DNA from: a virus
Virus record (IMG/VR): IMGVR_UViG_3300046170_000173
Strand: one strand, 5' to 3'
Length of the DNA stretch: 64,000 nt
Of this stretch, positions 28,648 through 38,398 are shown piece by piece (position 1 is the stretch's first letter; the number at the start of each line of letters is the position of its first letter). The notes below the pieces were generated by a model that was not told the origin of the DNA, did not search any database, and was given only the letters and a program-made list of their open reading frames with translations. The translations under genes were made by a program, and so were the position numbers.

Positions 28648-29616
28648 ACCATTCCAAACATCCGATTAGTAGAAAGTCAGTATTGCGCTCCAGAATATGA
28701 TGGTTGTGAAATCATCGCTGCCGGTTGGGTCTCTATTGATGATATCCACCGTGGTCCTAACTGGGCTCGTGCCGGTGATTATGACGAAGAGAAAGTTAAC
28801 GAATTCCGAGAGATGATTGAGACTGGGTACTACATGCCCTATGCTCATGAAGCCCCTGTCACTGAGTACGTCAATGGAAAGTTTGTCCTTTCTATGGGGA
28901 ACCATCGGCATCAAGGTCACCTTCGAGCCAACCAAGAAGAGATGTTTGTTTGCGTCGTGAACTGGAGAGACGAAGAGTCTAAACAGGTTGCAATGTCATG
29001 TGAGAACGGTAACATTTCTCCTCGTTACACTAAGAACTACCGAACTGTTGCTGACATTGTTCAGAGTGCTTCTAAGATCTTGAACATTCGAATGGTTAAC
29101 GGTACGATCTCTAAGATCAACGAAGAATCGATTGACGATGTCCTCAAGACGTTGAAAGTCACTCAGAAGGAAGGTCTCGTTGAGGTACACTCATCTCTGA
29201 TGGCAGATCATCACGTGCGACAAGGCGTTAAGAAGTATTCTCAAGATTGCATTGAAGATTATGTATCTAGTAACTCAGATCTCTTCGGAGACTCTCTAGT
29301 GGTTCCTCAATTGTTCCGTGACAAGGCCAGTAAGGCAGGTTATCGTGCGTTAGTTAACATGTCTCTGTCGTGTCTCGATTTGATAGAGTCTGGTCAAGAC
29401 CTTCCAGAGGTCTTGAGGGTCGCCGGAGCTTTCACTAATGTTACTGAGAAGAATCTTACTTCTGCCCGTGCCGCTGCGCGTGAAGATCTAGTTCGTCAAC
29501 ATCGAGTTCTTCAACGATTAGGTACTTTCTTGACTTCTGAACAGTTTGTAGTTCCTGAACTCCACGAAGTTCCTCAGTTACATGGTGTTGAGCTTGACGA
29601 TACTGTTGTTGCATAA
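28645..29616 (+). CDS. Hypothetical protein with ParB/Srx-like N-terminus
   Basis: P.......LSMGNHR..G resembles the ParB GxHR motif. Confidence 0.55.
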   Translation: MTIPNIRLVESQYCAPEYDGCEIIAAGWVSIDDIHRGPNWARAGDYDEEKVNEFREMIETGYYMPYAHEAPVTEYVNGKFVLSMGNHRHQGHLRANQEEMFVCVVNWRDEESKQVAMSCENGNISPRYTKNYRTVADIVQSASKILNIRMVNGTISKINEESIDDVLKTLKVTQKEGLVEVHSSLMADHHVRQGVKKYSQDCIEDYVSSNSDLFGDSLVVPQLFRDKASKAGYRALVNMSLSCLDLIESGQDLPEVLRVAGAFTNVTEKNLTSARAAAREDLVRQHRVLQRLGTFLTSEQFVVPELHEVPQLHGVELDDTVVA

Positions 29617-29689
29617 TGTGAATATTTACACTTGACTTTTTCTCAAATAGAGTTATAATGAAAGTGTAAATTGAGTTGAGGGATTGAAT

Positions 29690-30223
29690 ATGATGACAAA
29701 ACGAGATCGAACATTCTATACTGTATTTTGTGCCATGCGAGGCCTCTACGAAGATTGGAAAGACGATAGTCAGATGATATGTCGTCGAACCATCACTCGT
29801 TTTTTCTACGAGGGAGTGGCCAACATATCTACCGGATACGTGTCTGTCGCTGCCAAGAATGCGAAGTCAGGCGAGAGAACTCAAGATCATTTTGCTGGTC
29901 CTCAATGGATCGGCCGGTTCATTATGGATAATGGTCATATCTACTTGGAAGATTTCATTAAGTTCAAGAAGATTGCAGAGTTTGCATCACAGACTATTAC
30001 TGTAACTAAGAAAGAGAATACTATACTTCGAGATCAGACTTCTGTTATTTCTGACATCGATGGAGTTTCGGTCTTCATCGAAACCCCCATGTTAGAGAAA
30101 TATAAAGAGGCAGGTATTGTTTTAACACATAAAGAGTTCGAGAAGCAACCCGCACATAAGTGGGGTTTTCCTCTCGAAGTTCCTAGAGAGCTTTTAGATT
30201 ATGAGTCGAAGTTTTTACGTTGA
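29690..30223 (+). CDS. Hypothetical protein
   Basis: Own promoter TTGACT-N16-TATAAT (29632..29659) and RBS. Confidence 0.65.
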   Translation: MMTKRDRTFYTVFCAMRGLYEDWKDDSQMICRRTITRFFYEGVANISTGYVSVAAKNAKSGERTQDHFAGPQWIGRFIMDNGHIYLEDFIKFKKIAEFASQTITVTKKENTILRDQTSVISDIDGVSVFIETPMLEKYKEAGIVLTHKEFEKQPAHKWGFPLEVPRELLDYESKFLR

Positions 30224-30256
30224 CAGATACGCTAAGTTTGTAGTATAATACGTCCC

Positions 30257-31201
30257 ATGTATGAACTAACTCTATTCAAAAATCAGTTTGATAATAAGAC
30301 ACATCGACGAACCACCTTCTTTAATTGGTTGGACTTCGTGGTGTGTCTTCGTGATTCCTACACAAAGCCGGGAGAAAAAGGTGGACCCAATAGTTCTCCT
30401 CTTCTTACTCCTGCTGTGTTCGACGTGGGTTCGACGCGTAGTAACAAATCTGTTCTTTATTGGAGTCCTTGGTGTTGCGTTGACGTGGATGACCCTATTG
30501 ACGGCTGCGGTGATATTGAGTCCCTAAGAACGTGGTTGAACCGCAAGTACGGTCAGTATGACTATGTCGTCTACAACACAGCAAGCAGTTCAGAAGAGCA
30601 TTTAAAGTTTCGAATCATATTCCGTCTCGACGAACAGATCGAGAACAATCGCATCAAGGCGTTCTGGCACGCTCTCAATACCGAACTGGGTGAACTGGGA
30701 GATCCGCAGACCAAAGACCTCGCGCGTATGTATTACGTACCCGCGCAATATCCTAATGCCTACTCGTTCTTTATGGTCAACTCTGGAGGGTCTGCACTTA
30801 ATGTTTCTGAGTTGATCGCGAAGCATCCCTACGTCGAAAAGACAGGTAATTCTTTCCTAGATAGATTACCACCAGAAATGCAGAAGGCGGTAATTGAACA
30901 TCGTAAAAATGGACTAAATAACACCGACTACCGATGGACATCTTATCGGGATTGTCCTTTCTGGCCAAAGAAAATGGGTGCAGAATATCAGACGATTTCT
31001 GGGACAGGTTGGTATTCAAAGATTTATGCGATCATGGTCGCAATCGCAGGGAACGCATACTCGCGAGGGTATCCGATCACTGCAAAACAAATAGAAGAAC
31101 TTTGTAGAGAGTTCGACCGCGAAACGGGTAACTGGTATGGTAATAGACCACTGCATGTGGAGGCGGATCGCGCACTAGAATATGTTTATAGGAATGGATA
31201 A
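30257..31201 (+). CDS. Putative primase (AEP/prim-pol-like)
   Basis: DVD acidic motif, T.SS....KFRIIF.L, D.Q.KD..RMYYVP; C-terminal CPF helical domain; own sigma70 promoter near 30220. Confidence 0.65.
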   Translation: MYELTLFKNQFDNKTHRRTTFFNWLDFVVCLRDSYTKPGEKGGPNSSPLLTPAVFDVGSTRSNKSVLYWSPWCCVDVDDPIDGCGDIESLRTWLNRKYGQYDYVVYNTASSSEEHLKFRIIFRLDEQIENNRIKAFWHALNTELGELGDPQTKDLARMYYVPAQYPNAYSFFMVNSGGSALNVSELIAKHPYVEKTGNSFLDRLPPEMQKAVIEHRKNGLNNTDYRWTSYRDCPFWPKKMGAEYQTISGTGWYSKIYAIMVAIAGNAYSRGYPITAKQIEELCREFDRETGNWYGNRPLHVEADRALEYVYRNG

Positions 31202-32143
31202 ATGGAACGTGTTTTGATTACAGGAGCTGCGGGTTTTATTGGGTCGCAGCTCATGAACCGATTGAGAAACAGAGGTCTTGACGTTATCGGTCTGGATAAC
31301 TTTAATAGTCACCTCTATGACCCAAAACTGAAAAGAGATCGAGTCAAAAACTTTGATCTAAATGTCTATAATTGTGACCTTCGTGATGACATCAAGTTAG
31401 AAGGTTTGTTACGAGATTTTCAACCAGACACAATTGTTCACCTCGCCGCAATGGCTGGTGTGCGTGACTCTCTGGGTAAAGAGAAGAGTTATCACGCGAA
31501 CAACATTGACGCAACCCAGAATTTAATTGACCTTTGTAAGAGATACCTACCGGACGTTCGTATCGTTTACGCATCTACTTCATGCGTATACGCGGGATCC
31601 CCAGTGCCGTGGGTTGAAGGTAAAGAGACAGGTAAACAACTTAATGCATATGGGTATACCAAGTGGGCCAACGAGTGTCAAATGCAGTCCTCTACTCTAA
31701 ACACCACAGGTCTACGTTTCTTCACGGTCTACGGACCTTGGGGTCGACCGGACATGGCGTTGTTTGACTTCACCAAGAATATCCTTGCGGGTAATGAGAT
31801 CACCGTCTACAACTATGGTGATATGAAACGCGACTTTACCTATGTCGACGACATCAATGACGGCATTGAGATCGTCCTAGATAATGACATCCCGTCCGGT
31901 GAGATCTTCAACATCGGACGTGGAGAACAGGTCGCTTTGATGGACTTTATTTCGGAGATTGAGAAGAACACAGGTAAGGACGCGGATAAGAATCTTGCTC
32001 CTAAACATCCGGCAGACACATTAGAGACTTGGTCCGACACAAGCAAGTTGGCCCAGTATGGATATAATCCAAAGGTCAGTATCGCGGAAGGAGTAGAACG
32101 ATTCTATGAATGGTATAAAAAATATAATGAGGTAGATGCCTAA
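31202..32143 (+). CDS. NAD-dependent epimerase (UDP-glucuronate 4-epimerase-like)
   Basis: TGAAGFIG, HLAA.AGVR, Y..TK, LRFFTVYGPWGRPDMA, RDFTYVDD. Confidence 0.92.
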   Translation: MERVLITGAAGFIGSQLMNRLRNRGLDVIGLDNFNSHLYDPKLKRDRVKNFDLNVYNCDLRDDIKLEGLLRDFQPDTIVHLAAMAGVRDSLGKEKSYHANNIDATQNLIDLCKRYLPDVRIVYASTSCVYAGSPVPWVEGKETGKQLNAYGYTKWANECQMQSSTLNTTGLRFFTVYGPWGRPDMALFDFTKNILAGNEITVYNYGDMKRDFTYVDDINDGIEIVLDNDIPSGEIFNIGRGEQVALMDFISEIEKNTGKDADKNLAPKHPADTLETWSDTSKLAQYGYNPKVSIAEGVERFYEWYKKYNEVDA

Positions 32144-33126
32144 TGGCAACTGACAATACGGAAAAAACTTTCCGACTTGCAATAGTTGGACATGGGTTTG
32201 TGGGACAGGCGGTTGAGTTTGCCTTTACACATCCTCTTGTGCAACACATGTTAATCGATCCAAAAAAATACAATAATGACGTGGAAGACTTCAAGTCCAT
32301 GTTACCAGACGAACAGCCACATTGCGTTTTCGTATGTGCACCAACACCGTCGAACGACGACGGTTCGGTAAACTCATCGATCGTAGAGAGTTCGGTATTG
32401 AAAGCACTGAACTACACAAACGCATTGGTTGTTGTAAAATCAACTATCACACCGGACGTGGTCGATCGTTTGTACGCGTCCATGTCCAAAGAACAACACG
32501 ACAGATTTTGTTACAACCCAGAGTTCCTAACAGAGAAGAATGCGAAGGCGGATTTCGTCTCTGCAAAATTCCACGTGATGGGAGGTACACCACAGGCAGT
32601 ACTTGAAATAGTAGATATCTATGAGATCTTTGGTTCATGTGAGTCTAATGACTATCACAGAATGAGTGCTTATGAAGCGTCCTTTGTTAAATACACGATA
32701 AACTCTTTCCTATCAACTAAGGTGACCTTCTTCAATCAGTTGTACGATCTGGTTAACTTGTATGGGTGCAACTTTAACACAGTTGTTCGTGCTGTTGGAC
32801 AAGACGATCGTGTAGGTGTGGGACATACTCGTGTACCAGGCTTCGATGGAAAACGTGGATTCGGTGGTGCGTGTTTACCAAAAGACACCAAGGCATTCTT
32901 ACGATTTTCTACACATGATATGGACGACGGCACAGTTGCGTCGTTTGATTTACTTGAAAAAGTTCTTGACATCAACAGCGATTATAGGGTACAATACGAC
33001 CTCGATGAACGTGAAAAAGTCAACAACATTACATTCGTAGATTTCGGAGGAAGCAAGAATGTCGATAATGGACAAACTAAAGAAGAACAGCAAGATCAAG
33101 GAGACAGCGACCCTCTCGACGAGTAA
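32143..33126 (+). CDS. UDP-glucose/GDP-mannose dehydrogenase family protein
   Basis: GHGFVG, PTP, KST, NPEFL, K...N.FL..KV.F.N, GFGGACLPKD. Confidence 0.9.
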   Translation: MATDNTEKTFRLAIVGHGFVGQAVEFAFTHPLVQHMLIDPKKYNNDVEDFKSMLPDEQPHCVFVCAPTPSNDDGSVNSSIVESSVLKALNYTNALVVVKSTITPDVVDRLYASMSKEQHDRFCYNPEFLTEKNAKADFVSAKFHVMGGTPQAVLEIVDIYEIFGSCESNDYHRMSAYEASFVKYTINSFLSTKVTFFNQLYDLVNLYGCNFNTVVRAVGQDDRVGVGHTRVPGFDGKRGFGGACLPKDTKAFLRFSTHDMDDGTVASFDLLEKVLDINSDYRVQYDLDEREKVNNITFVDFGGSKNVDNGQTKEEQQDQGDSDPLDE

Positions 33127-34114
33127 GTTCTTCACTGAAAAAGATATGGTACCTACCGACGTTCCGATGGTGAACGTCGCGTTATCCGGTTCGGTTAATG
33201 GTGGTATCTCGCCTGGGCTTACCGTTCTTGCGGGACCATCAAAACACTTTAAGACATCATTCGCATTACTTATGGCGGGTGCATACTTGAACGCAAAACC
33301 AGAGGCAGTTGTCCTCTTTTATGATTCGGAGTTCGGTTCTCCGCAATCATACTTTGAACAGTTCGGTGTCGACACTGACCGTGTCCTACACACACCGATC
33401 GCAAACGTCGAAGAACTCAAGTTCGATCTGATCAACCAGTTGGAAGAACTCGACCGTGACGATGACGTGATTATTATCATCGACTCTATCGGTAACCTTG
33501 CGTCCAAGAAAGAACTAGAGGATGCACTGAACGAGAAGGGTGTCGCAGACATGTCTCGTGCGAAAGCACTGAAAGGTCTGTTCCGTATGGCGACCCCATA
33601 CTTGACGATGAAGAATATCCCTCTTATCGCAATCAACCACACATACAAAGAGATCGGTTTATTTCCAAAAGATATCGTTGGTGGTGGAACAGGTATCTAC
33701 TACTCTGCTGACAATATTTGGATTATTGGTCGTCAACAAGAGAAACAAGGAACAGAAGTTGTTGGATACAATTTTGTTATCAATATAGAGAAATCTCGTT
33801 ATGTCAAAGAGAAGTCAAAAATTCCTATCGGAGTTTCGTGGGAAGGGGGTGTTCAAAAGTATAGTGGTCTTCTCGATGTCGCTCTTGCTGGCGGTTATGT
33901 CGCTAAGCCTTCTAACGGTTGGTATCAAAAAGTTGACACAACTACAGGCGAACTCGTTGGGACTAAAGTACGAACAAAGGACACCTTGAACGCGGAGTTC
34001 TGGGAACCTGTTTTCGAAACAACAAATTTCTCAGACTTCTTACAGAAGACCTATAGGATTGGTTATTCCAGTGAAGTCGACGCAGAACTCATTGCTGAGT
34101 TGGAGGAAGTATGA
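33059..34114 (+). CDS. uvsX: RecA-like recombinase UvsX
   Basis: AGPSKHFKT, YDSEFG, DS.GNLASKKE, GGTG..YSAD. Confidence 0.97.
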   Translation: MSIMDKLKKNSKIKETATLSTSKFFTEKDMVPTDVPMVNVALSGSVNGGISPGLTVLAGPSKHFKTSFALLMAGAYLNAKPEAVVLFYDSEFGSPQSYFEQFGVDTDRVLHTPIANVEELKFDLINQLEELDRDDDVIIIIDSIGNLASKKELEDALNEKGVADMSRAKALKGLFRMATPYLTMKNIPLIAINHTYKEIGLFPKDIVGGGTGIYYSADNIWIIGRQQEKQGTEVVGYNFVINIEKSRYVKEKSKIPIGVSWEGGVQKYSGLLDVALAGGYVAKPSNGWYQKVDTTTGELVGTKVRTKDTLNAEFWEPVFETTNFSDFLQKTYRIGYSSEVDAELIAELEEV

Positions 34115-34461
34115 AAGATTTAAATTTAGACAAACCAAACGAAGGGATTGACTACGATCTCGAAGCGGTCTCACATAGTGGTGAAAATATGTGGAACGTT
34201 AACATCTATCGGGCACCCTATAACAACGTGTCGATTCGTTACCGGAATGTCCAGATCAATGAAGAAATGGGTGGTATAAATTTTAACTTCGATATTGTTG
34301 ACACACCCGACGAATCCGTGTATAATGTAGAAAATGTCGAGTTACAAAGTTTTGCGGCGGATGTTCTGCAAGACATTATTGAACGACTAGCTTCTAAATC
34401 TGAGGGTTCAAATGACGGAAATCAATCTACAACAGACGATTCTACGGAATCTACTGACTAA
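34111..34461 (+). CDS. Hypothetical protein (gp40 position)
   Basis: Between uvsX and gp41, overlapping both. Confidence 0.6.
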   Translation: MKDLNLDKPNEGIDYDLEAVSHSGENMWNVNIYRAPYNNVSIRYRNVQINEEMGGINFNFDIVDTPDESVYNVENVELQSFAADVLQDIIERLASKSEGSNDGNQSTTDDSTESTD

Positions 34462-35806
34462 CGATCCATACACGAGGAAGGTCGCCGCCTTCCTCTCACC
34501 GGATTACTTTGAGGGGACATACCAGTCCATTCTCAAAGAGACACTCAAATACATCGGGAAGTTCAATCGCCTACCGACACTGGAGGCATTCAAGATTGAG
34601 ATTGATGATAACGATCGTCTACCGGACGAACAGTATCGTCATGCGATGGAAATCCTTCCCAATATTTTCACACGTGCCGATGAAGATATGGACTGGTTGG
34701 TCGAGAAGACCGAAAAGTTCTGTCAGGACCGTGCGGTTTTCAATGCGGTCATGGAGTCAATCTCTATTATCGACGGCAAACACCAGACTCTCAGTAAGAA
34801 CGCAATCCCAGACGTATTGACCAAGGCACTGTCAGTGTCGTTCGATACCAACATCGGTCACGACTATCTTGAGAACTCTGACGCACGATTCGACTTCTAC
34901 CATCTAGAAGAGGAACGCATCCCGTTCGATCTGGACTACTTTAACAGAATCACCAAGGGCGGTCTGCCTAACAAGACCTTAAACATCGCTCTCGCGGGCA
35001 CGGGTGTGGGTAAGTCTCTATTCATGTGTCACTCTGCCGCAGGGGCTCTCAGTTCTGGTAAGAACGTTCTATACCTCACTATGGAAATGTCCGAAGAACG
35101 GATCGCGGAACGTATCGACGCGAACCTACTTAACGTGCCTATAGACCAACTCGAACACTTGAGCAAACCAATGTTCGATGACCGCGTCTCAAGAGTCAAG
35201 GGTAAGACCGAAGGTAAACTGATCATCAAGGAATACCCAACGGGCAGTGCACACGCGAACCATTTCCGTGCGTTGTTTAATGAACTCAAACTGAAGAAAC
35301 AGTTTGTCCCCGATATCATCTATATCGATTATCTCAACATCTGCGCCAGTGCGCGTATGAAAGGAATGGGCGGTGCTATTAACTCGTATTCGTATATCAA
35401 GTCTATTGCTGAAGAGTTACGTGGTCTTGCCGTGGAATTCGACGTGCCGATCGTGTCTGCAACGCAGACGACTCGTTCGGGTTTTAATAATGATGACGTG
35501 GGGTTGGAAGATACGTCCGAGTCTTTTGGACTACCCGCAACCGCCGACTTCATGTTCGCACTTATATCCAATGACGAACTCAAAGCAAACAACCAGATCC
35601 TAGTCAAACAGTTGAAAAACCGATATAACGATTTGAATACATACCAGAGATTTGTTGTAGGTATTGACCGTAGTAAAATGCGTCTATATGACGTTGATCA
35701 AAATGATTCACCCCTAAATAAAGAAGTAGATAATGGACCAGCGTTTGATAACTCTAATTCCGGTCAACGAATTGATTCCGAAAAATTCGAAAACTTTAAA
35801 TTTTAA
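34412..35806 (+). CDS. gp41: Replicative helicase
   Basis: AGTGVGKS, EM.EE.IAERIDAN, IIKEYPT, DYLNIC, SATQT.R, SESFGLP.TAD. Confidence 0.98.
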   Translation: MTEINLQQTILRNLLTNDPYTRKVAAFLSPDYFEGTYQSILKETLKYIGKFNRLPTLEAFKIEIDDNDRLPDEQYRHAMEILPNIFTRADEDMDWLVEKTEKFCQDRAVFNAVMESISIIDGKHQTLSKNAIPDVLTKALSVSFDTNIGHDYLENSDARFDFYHLEEERIPFDLDYFNRITKGGLPNKTLNIALAGTGVGKSLFMCHSAAGALSSGKNVLYLTMEMSEERIAERIDANLLNVPIDQLEHLSKPMFDDRVSRVKGKTEGKLIIKEYPTGSAHANHFRALFNELKLKKQFVPDIIYIDYLNICASARMKGMGGAINSYSYIKSIAEELRGLAVEFDVPIVSATQTTRSGFNNDDVGLEDTSESFGLPATADFMFALISNDELKANNQILVKQLKNRYNDLNTYQRFVVGIDRSKMRLYDVDQNDSPLNKEVDNGPAFDNSNSGQRIDSEKFENFKF

Positions 35807-35815
35807 GGGGAAGTT

Positions 35816-35998
35816 ATGGATCCAATCCTACACACATTAATAGCGGTAGTACTTATGTGGACGTGCTACTTTGTTGGAGGCATTTTGGGGAAACAAAGAG
35901 GTATAGAAAACACTCTTGTGTATCTTCTAAATACGGGTGCCTGTACTGAAGAAGATTTAAGAAAGGCTAATGAGGAATTCGACAAAAAAAACCAATAA
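35816..35998 (+). CDS. Small membrane protein
   Basis: N-terminal hydrophobic helix; RBS. Confidence 0.6.
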   Translation: MDPILHTLIAVVLMWTCYFVGGILGKQRGIENTLVYLLNTGACTEEDLRKANEEFDKKNQ

Positions 35999-36167
35999 GG
36001 TTTATACCTGTCCGGTGGTGGATACCATCTTAGAGGGCGACTGTGCCTTCGAAATACCGGATGAACTTTACCAAAAGTTCGATCTGAAAGATGGAGATAA
36101 AGTCTCTTTTAAACACCAGATCGGCGATCGGTATTCTATGATTATTAAACGAGGTGGCCGCGTATGA
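35970..36167 (+). CDS. AbrB/MazE-like DNA-binding protein
   Basis: FEIPDEL...FDLKDGDKVSF swapped-hairpin pattern. Confidence 0.55.
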   Translation: MRNSTKKTNKVYTCPVVDTILEGDCAFEIPDELYQKFDLKDGDKVSFKHQIGDRYSMIIKRGGRV

Positions 36168-36844
36168 CAGAAGTGGTTATTCGTAACAAAGACATGTTGA
36201 AAACTCTGAACAGTTTTTCAGATGAGATGCTGTCTAAACCGTCGTACAACGACGAAAAGTATTGGACCTATCATGAACGCAAGGATGTGGATCTAGGGTC
36301 GTACTACACATCACGTGAGTATCTCCTAGACTGTTTATCCCGCGGCCGTGATGGTCTAGTTGGCCCGCCCGATAGATACTTCGCACAACCAATCTCCAAA
36401 ATGGTGCGTGAAGACAAAGAGATGTGGGGTGGATTTATGCAAAAGGTCAAATATGACTTTGCGTCAGAACTTGGCGCACATACATCTGCCCTACTATCTT
36501 ACTATCCACCAGGCGGTTTTGTGGGTTGGCATACTAACTTTGATGCCAATGCGTATCAAGTCTTGTTTACGTGGTCAGAGACCGGAGACGGGTTCTTTGA
36601 ATACTATGACAAGAAGAACGATGAGATTGTAAAAATACCAGATGTCCCTGGCTGGCAATGCCGACACTATTATTTTGGTGCGGGTCATGAAGAAGACCTA
36701 CACTGTTGGCACGCCGCATACGCTGAGTGTCAACGTATCACCCTTGCGTACAAGTTTGTGAATAATGGTAGTGTAGATAATCCTGAAGACGCACAGGCAC
36801 GTGCTATGCGCGACATGTTGATTGAAGATATTGAGACAGAGTAA
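36164..36844 (+). CDS. Putative 2OG-Fe(II) oxygenase/cupin-fold protein
   Basis: YPPGGFVGWHTN..A.AY...FTWSE.GDG.F; paralog of 8153..8797. Confidence 0.55.
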   Translation: MTEVVIRNKDMLKTLNSFSDEMLSKPSYNDEKYWTYHERKDVDLGSYYTSREYLLDCLSRGRDGLVGPPDRYFAQPISKMVREDKEMWGGFMQKVKYDFASELGAHTSALLSYYPPGGFVGWHTNFDANAYQVLFTWSETGDGFFEYYDKKNDEIVKIPDVPGWQCRHYYFGAGHEEDLHCWHAAYAECQRITLAYKFVNNGSVDNPEDAQARAMRDMLIEDIETE

Positions 36845-37219
36845 TGTATTCCGACAAGGTTATAGATCACTACGAGAACCCACGCAATGTGGGTAAGATG
36901 GACAAGGAAGACGACAACGTAGGAACTGGCATGGTCGGTGCACCCGGCGTGTGGTGATGTGATGCAACTCCAGATCCTTGTCGGTGATGATGGAATCATT
37001 GAAGATGCGAAATTCAAAACTTATGGTTGTGGTAGTGCTATTGCTTCTAGTTCTCTACTCACTGAATGGGTCAAAGGTAAAAATATCGAAGACGCAGGGA
37101 ATATCCGTAATACAGACATCGCCAAAGAACTCGCACTTCCACCCGTAAAAATCCATTGCAGTGTACTCGCAGAGGATGCGATCAAAGCTGCTATCAAAGA
37201 CTATAAAGAGAAGAATTAA
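36844..37219 (+). pseudogene. iscU: Fe-S cluster scaffold IscU with a +1 frameshift (pseudogene or sequencing error)
   Basis: MYSDKVIDHYENPRNVG...GMVGAP then shift to ACGDVMQLQI...FKTYGCGSAIASSS...LPPVKIHCSVLAEDA; extra C at ~36943. Confidence 0.9.
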
Positions 37220-38007
37220 TGTTAATGACAGCAGGATGCAGTTTCGTCTGGGGAGACGAACTGGAAGGTTTTGATAATGACCCAGCAACGCACTGGGAAC
37301 TAACTTTCACTCACTTATTGGGTCAGAAGTTAGGTATTGAACACAAGAACCTTGGAATTTGTGGTGCGTGTAACGACAAGATTTTCCGTCAAGCGACAGA
37401 CTTTTTACACGAAAACCCAGGCCGAGTGACTCACATGGTTATCATGTGGTCTGCACTTCAACGCAAAGAACTCGTTGAGTATATGCCACCAAAACGTCAA
37501 GTTAAGATCGGTCGACAAAACGATGTTACTCAGTTTTCTTCATTGAGAACCGACTGCATCTACAGTGATCAAAAAAGATCCCGTTGGCAAGATTGGTATG
37601 ACAACGCATATGATTCCAAAACAGATATCCTACACATGTTAGTGATGATGAAGAACATGGAGGTTATAGCAAGAGCCGCAGGTATCAAGTTGATACAGGG
37701 ATCCTTTCACCAAAGAAACTGGTCTAATATTCTTTCTGTTTTGACTGACAAATTACCACCTGATTCTCAATTTGCCCGCCTTCCTTTTGATTCTAGGATT
37801 GATAACATCCCAGAGTATAAACAGTGGTTGAAAGATTCTATCGGTAACCTTGATGACAATAGTCGTGTTGGTATGGGTCGTGGAAAAGATCTCTACACTC
37901 TCGCAATAGAAGGCGACGATCTCAAACCACATGGACACCCAGGCGAAAAAACTCAGGTAGTGTTCACAGACTTCTTATATGAAAAATTTGTTGACATGGA
38001 CTCATAG
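37219..38007 (+). CDS. SGNH hydrolase-like hypothetical protein
   Basis: GCSF..G, NLG..GA.N..I, C-terminal HP. Confidence 0.55.
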   Translation: MLMTAGCSFVWGDELEGFDNDPATHWELTFTHLLGQKLGIEHKNLGICGACNDKIFRQATDFLHENPGRVTHMVIMWSALQRKELVEYMPPKRQVKIGRQNDVTQFSSLRTDCIYSDQKRSRWQDWYDNAYDSKTDILHMLVMMKNMEVIARAAGIKLIQGSFHQRNWSNILSVLTDKLPPDSQFARLPFDSRIDNIPEYKQWLKDSIGNLDDNSRVGMGRGKDLYTLAIEGDDLKPHGHPGEKTQVVFTDFLYEKFVDMDS

Positions 38008-38055
38008 TTGTAGTATACTGTTCCTCGTAAATTAGTAAACCAATGAGGTAATGCA

Positions 38056-38280
38056 GTGCCCTACATCGATGTTTTTGTAGACGACGATCAATTCGATAGA
38101 ATCATAGTTGAAGAAATAGACTTCGCAATGGCAGAAGACCGCGAGATGGACACTGATCCTGAGTTGCGTCGTGCCATGATGGTAGTCCGAAACTATTTCA
38201 ACAATCAATCAAACATGATTCAAAAATCTTTCCCATTCATGTATACCCAAGAGGAGATGGATAATGTCCTATCAAGATAA
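38056..38280 (+). CDS. Hypothetical protein
   Basis: GAGG RBS; promoter TTGACA-N17-TATACT near 37992. Confidence 0.6.
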   Translation: MPYIDVFVDDDQFDRIIVEEIDFAMAEDREMDTDPELRRAMMVVRNYFNNQSNMIQKSFPFMYTQEEMDNVLSR

Positions 38281-38398
38281 TTTAGTCCAAGAGTACGGCC
38301 ACCTTGTTAAAAAGTGGGGAGAAAACCCAAGTTCAAAATACAAGCGTGAACACCTTGTGAAACTGCGAAAGTATCTGTTTCGAACAATGTTCAAATAA
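38264..38398 (+). CDS. Small basic hypothetical protein (44 aa)
   Basis: GAGGAG RBS; MSYQDNLVQEYGHLVKKW...; stop overlaps the next ATG. Confidence 0.55.
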   Translation: MSYQDNLVQEYGHLVKKWGENPSSKYKREHLVKLRKYLFRTMFK

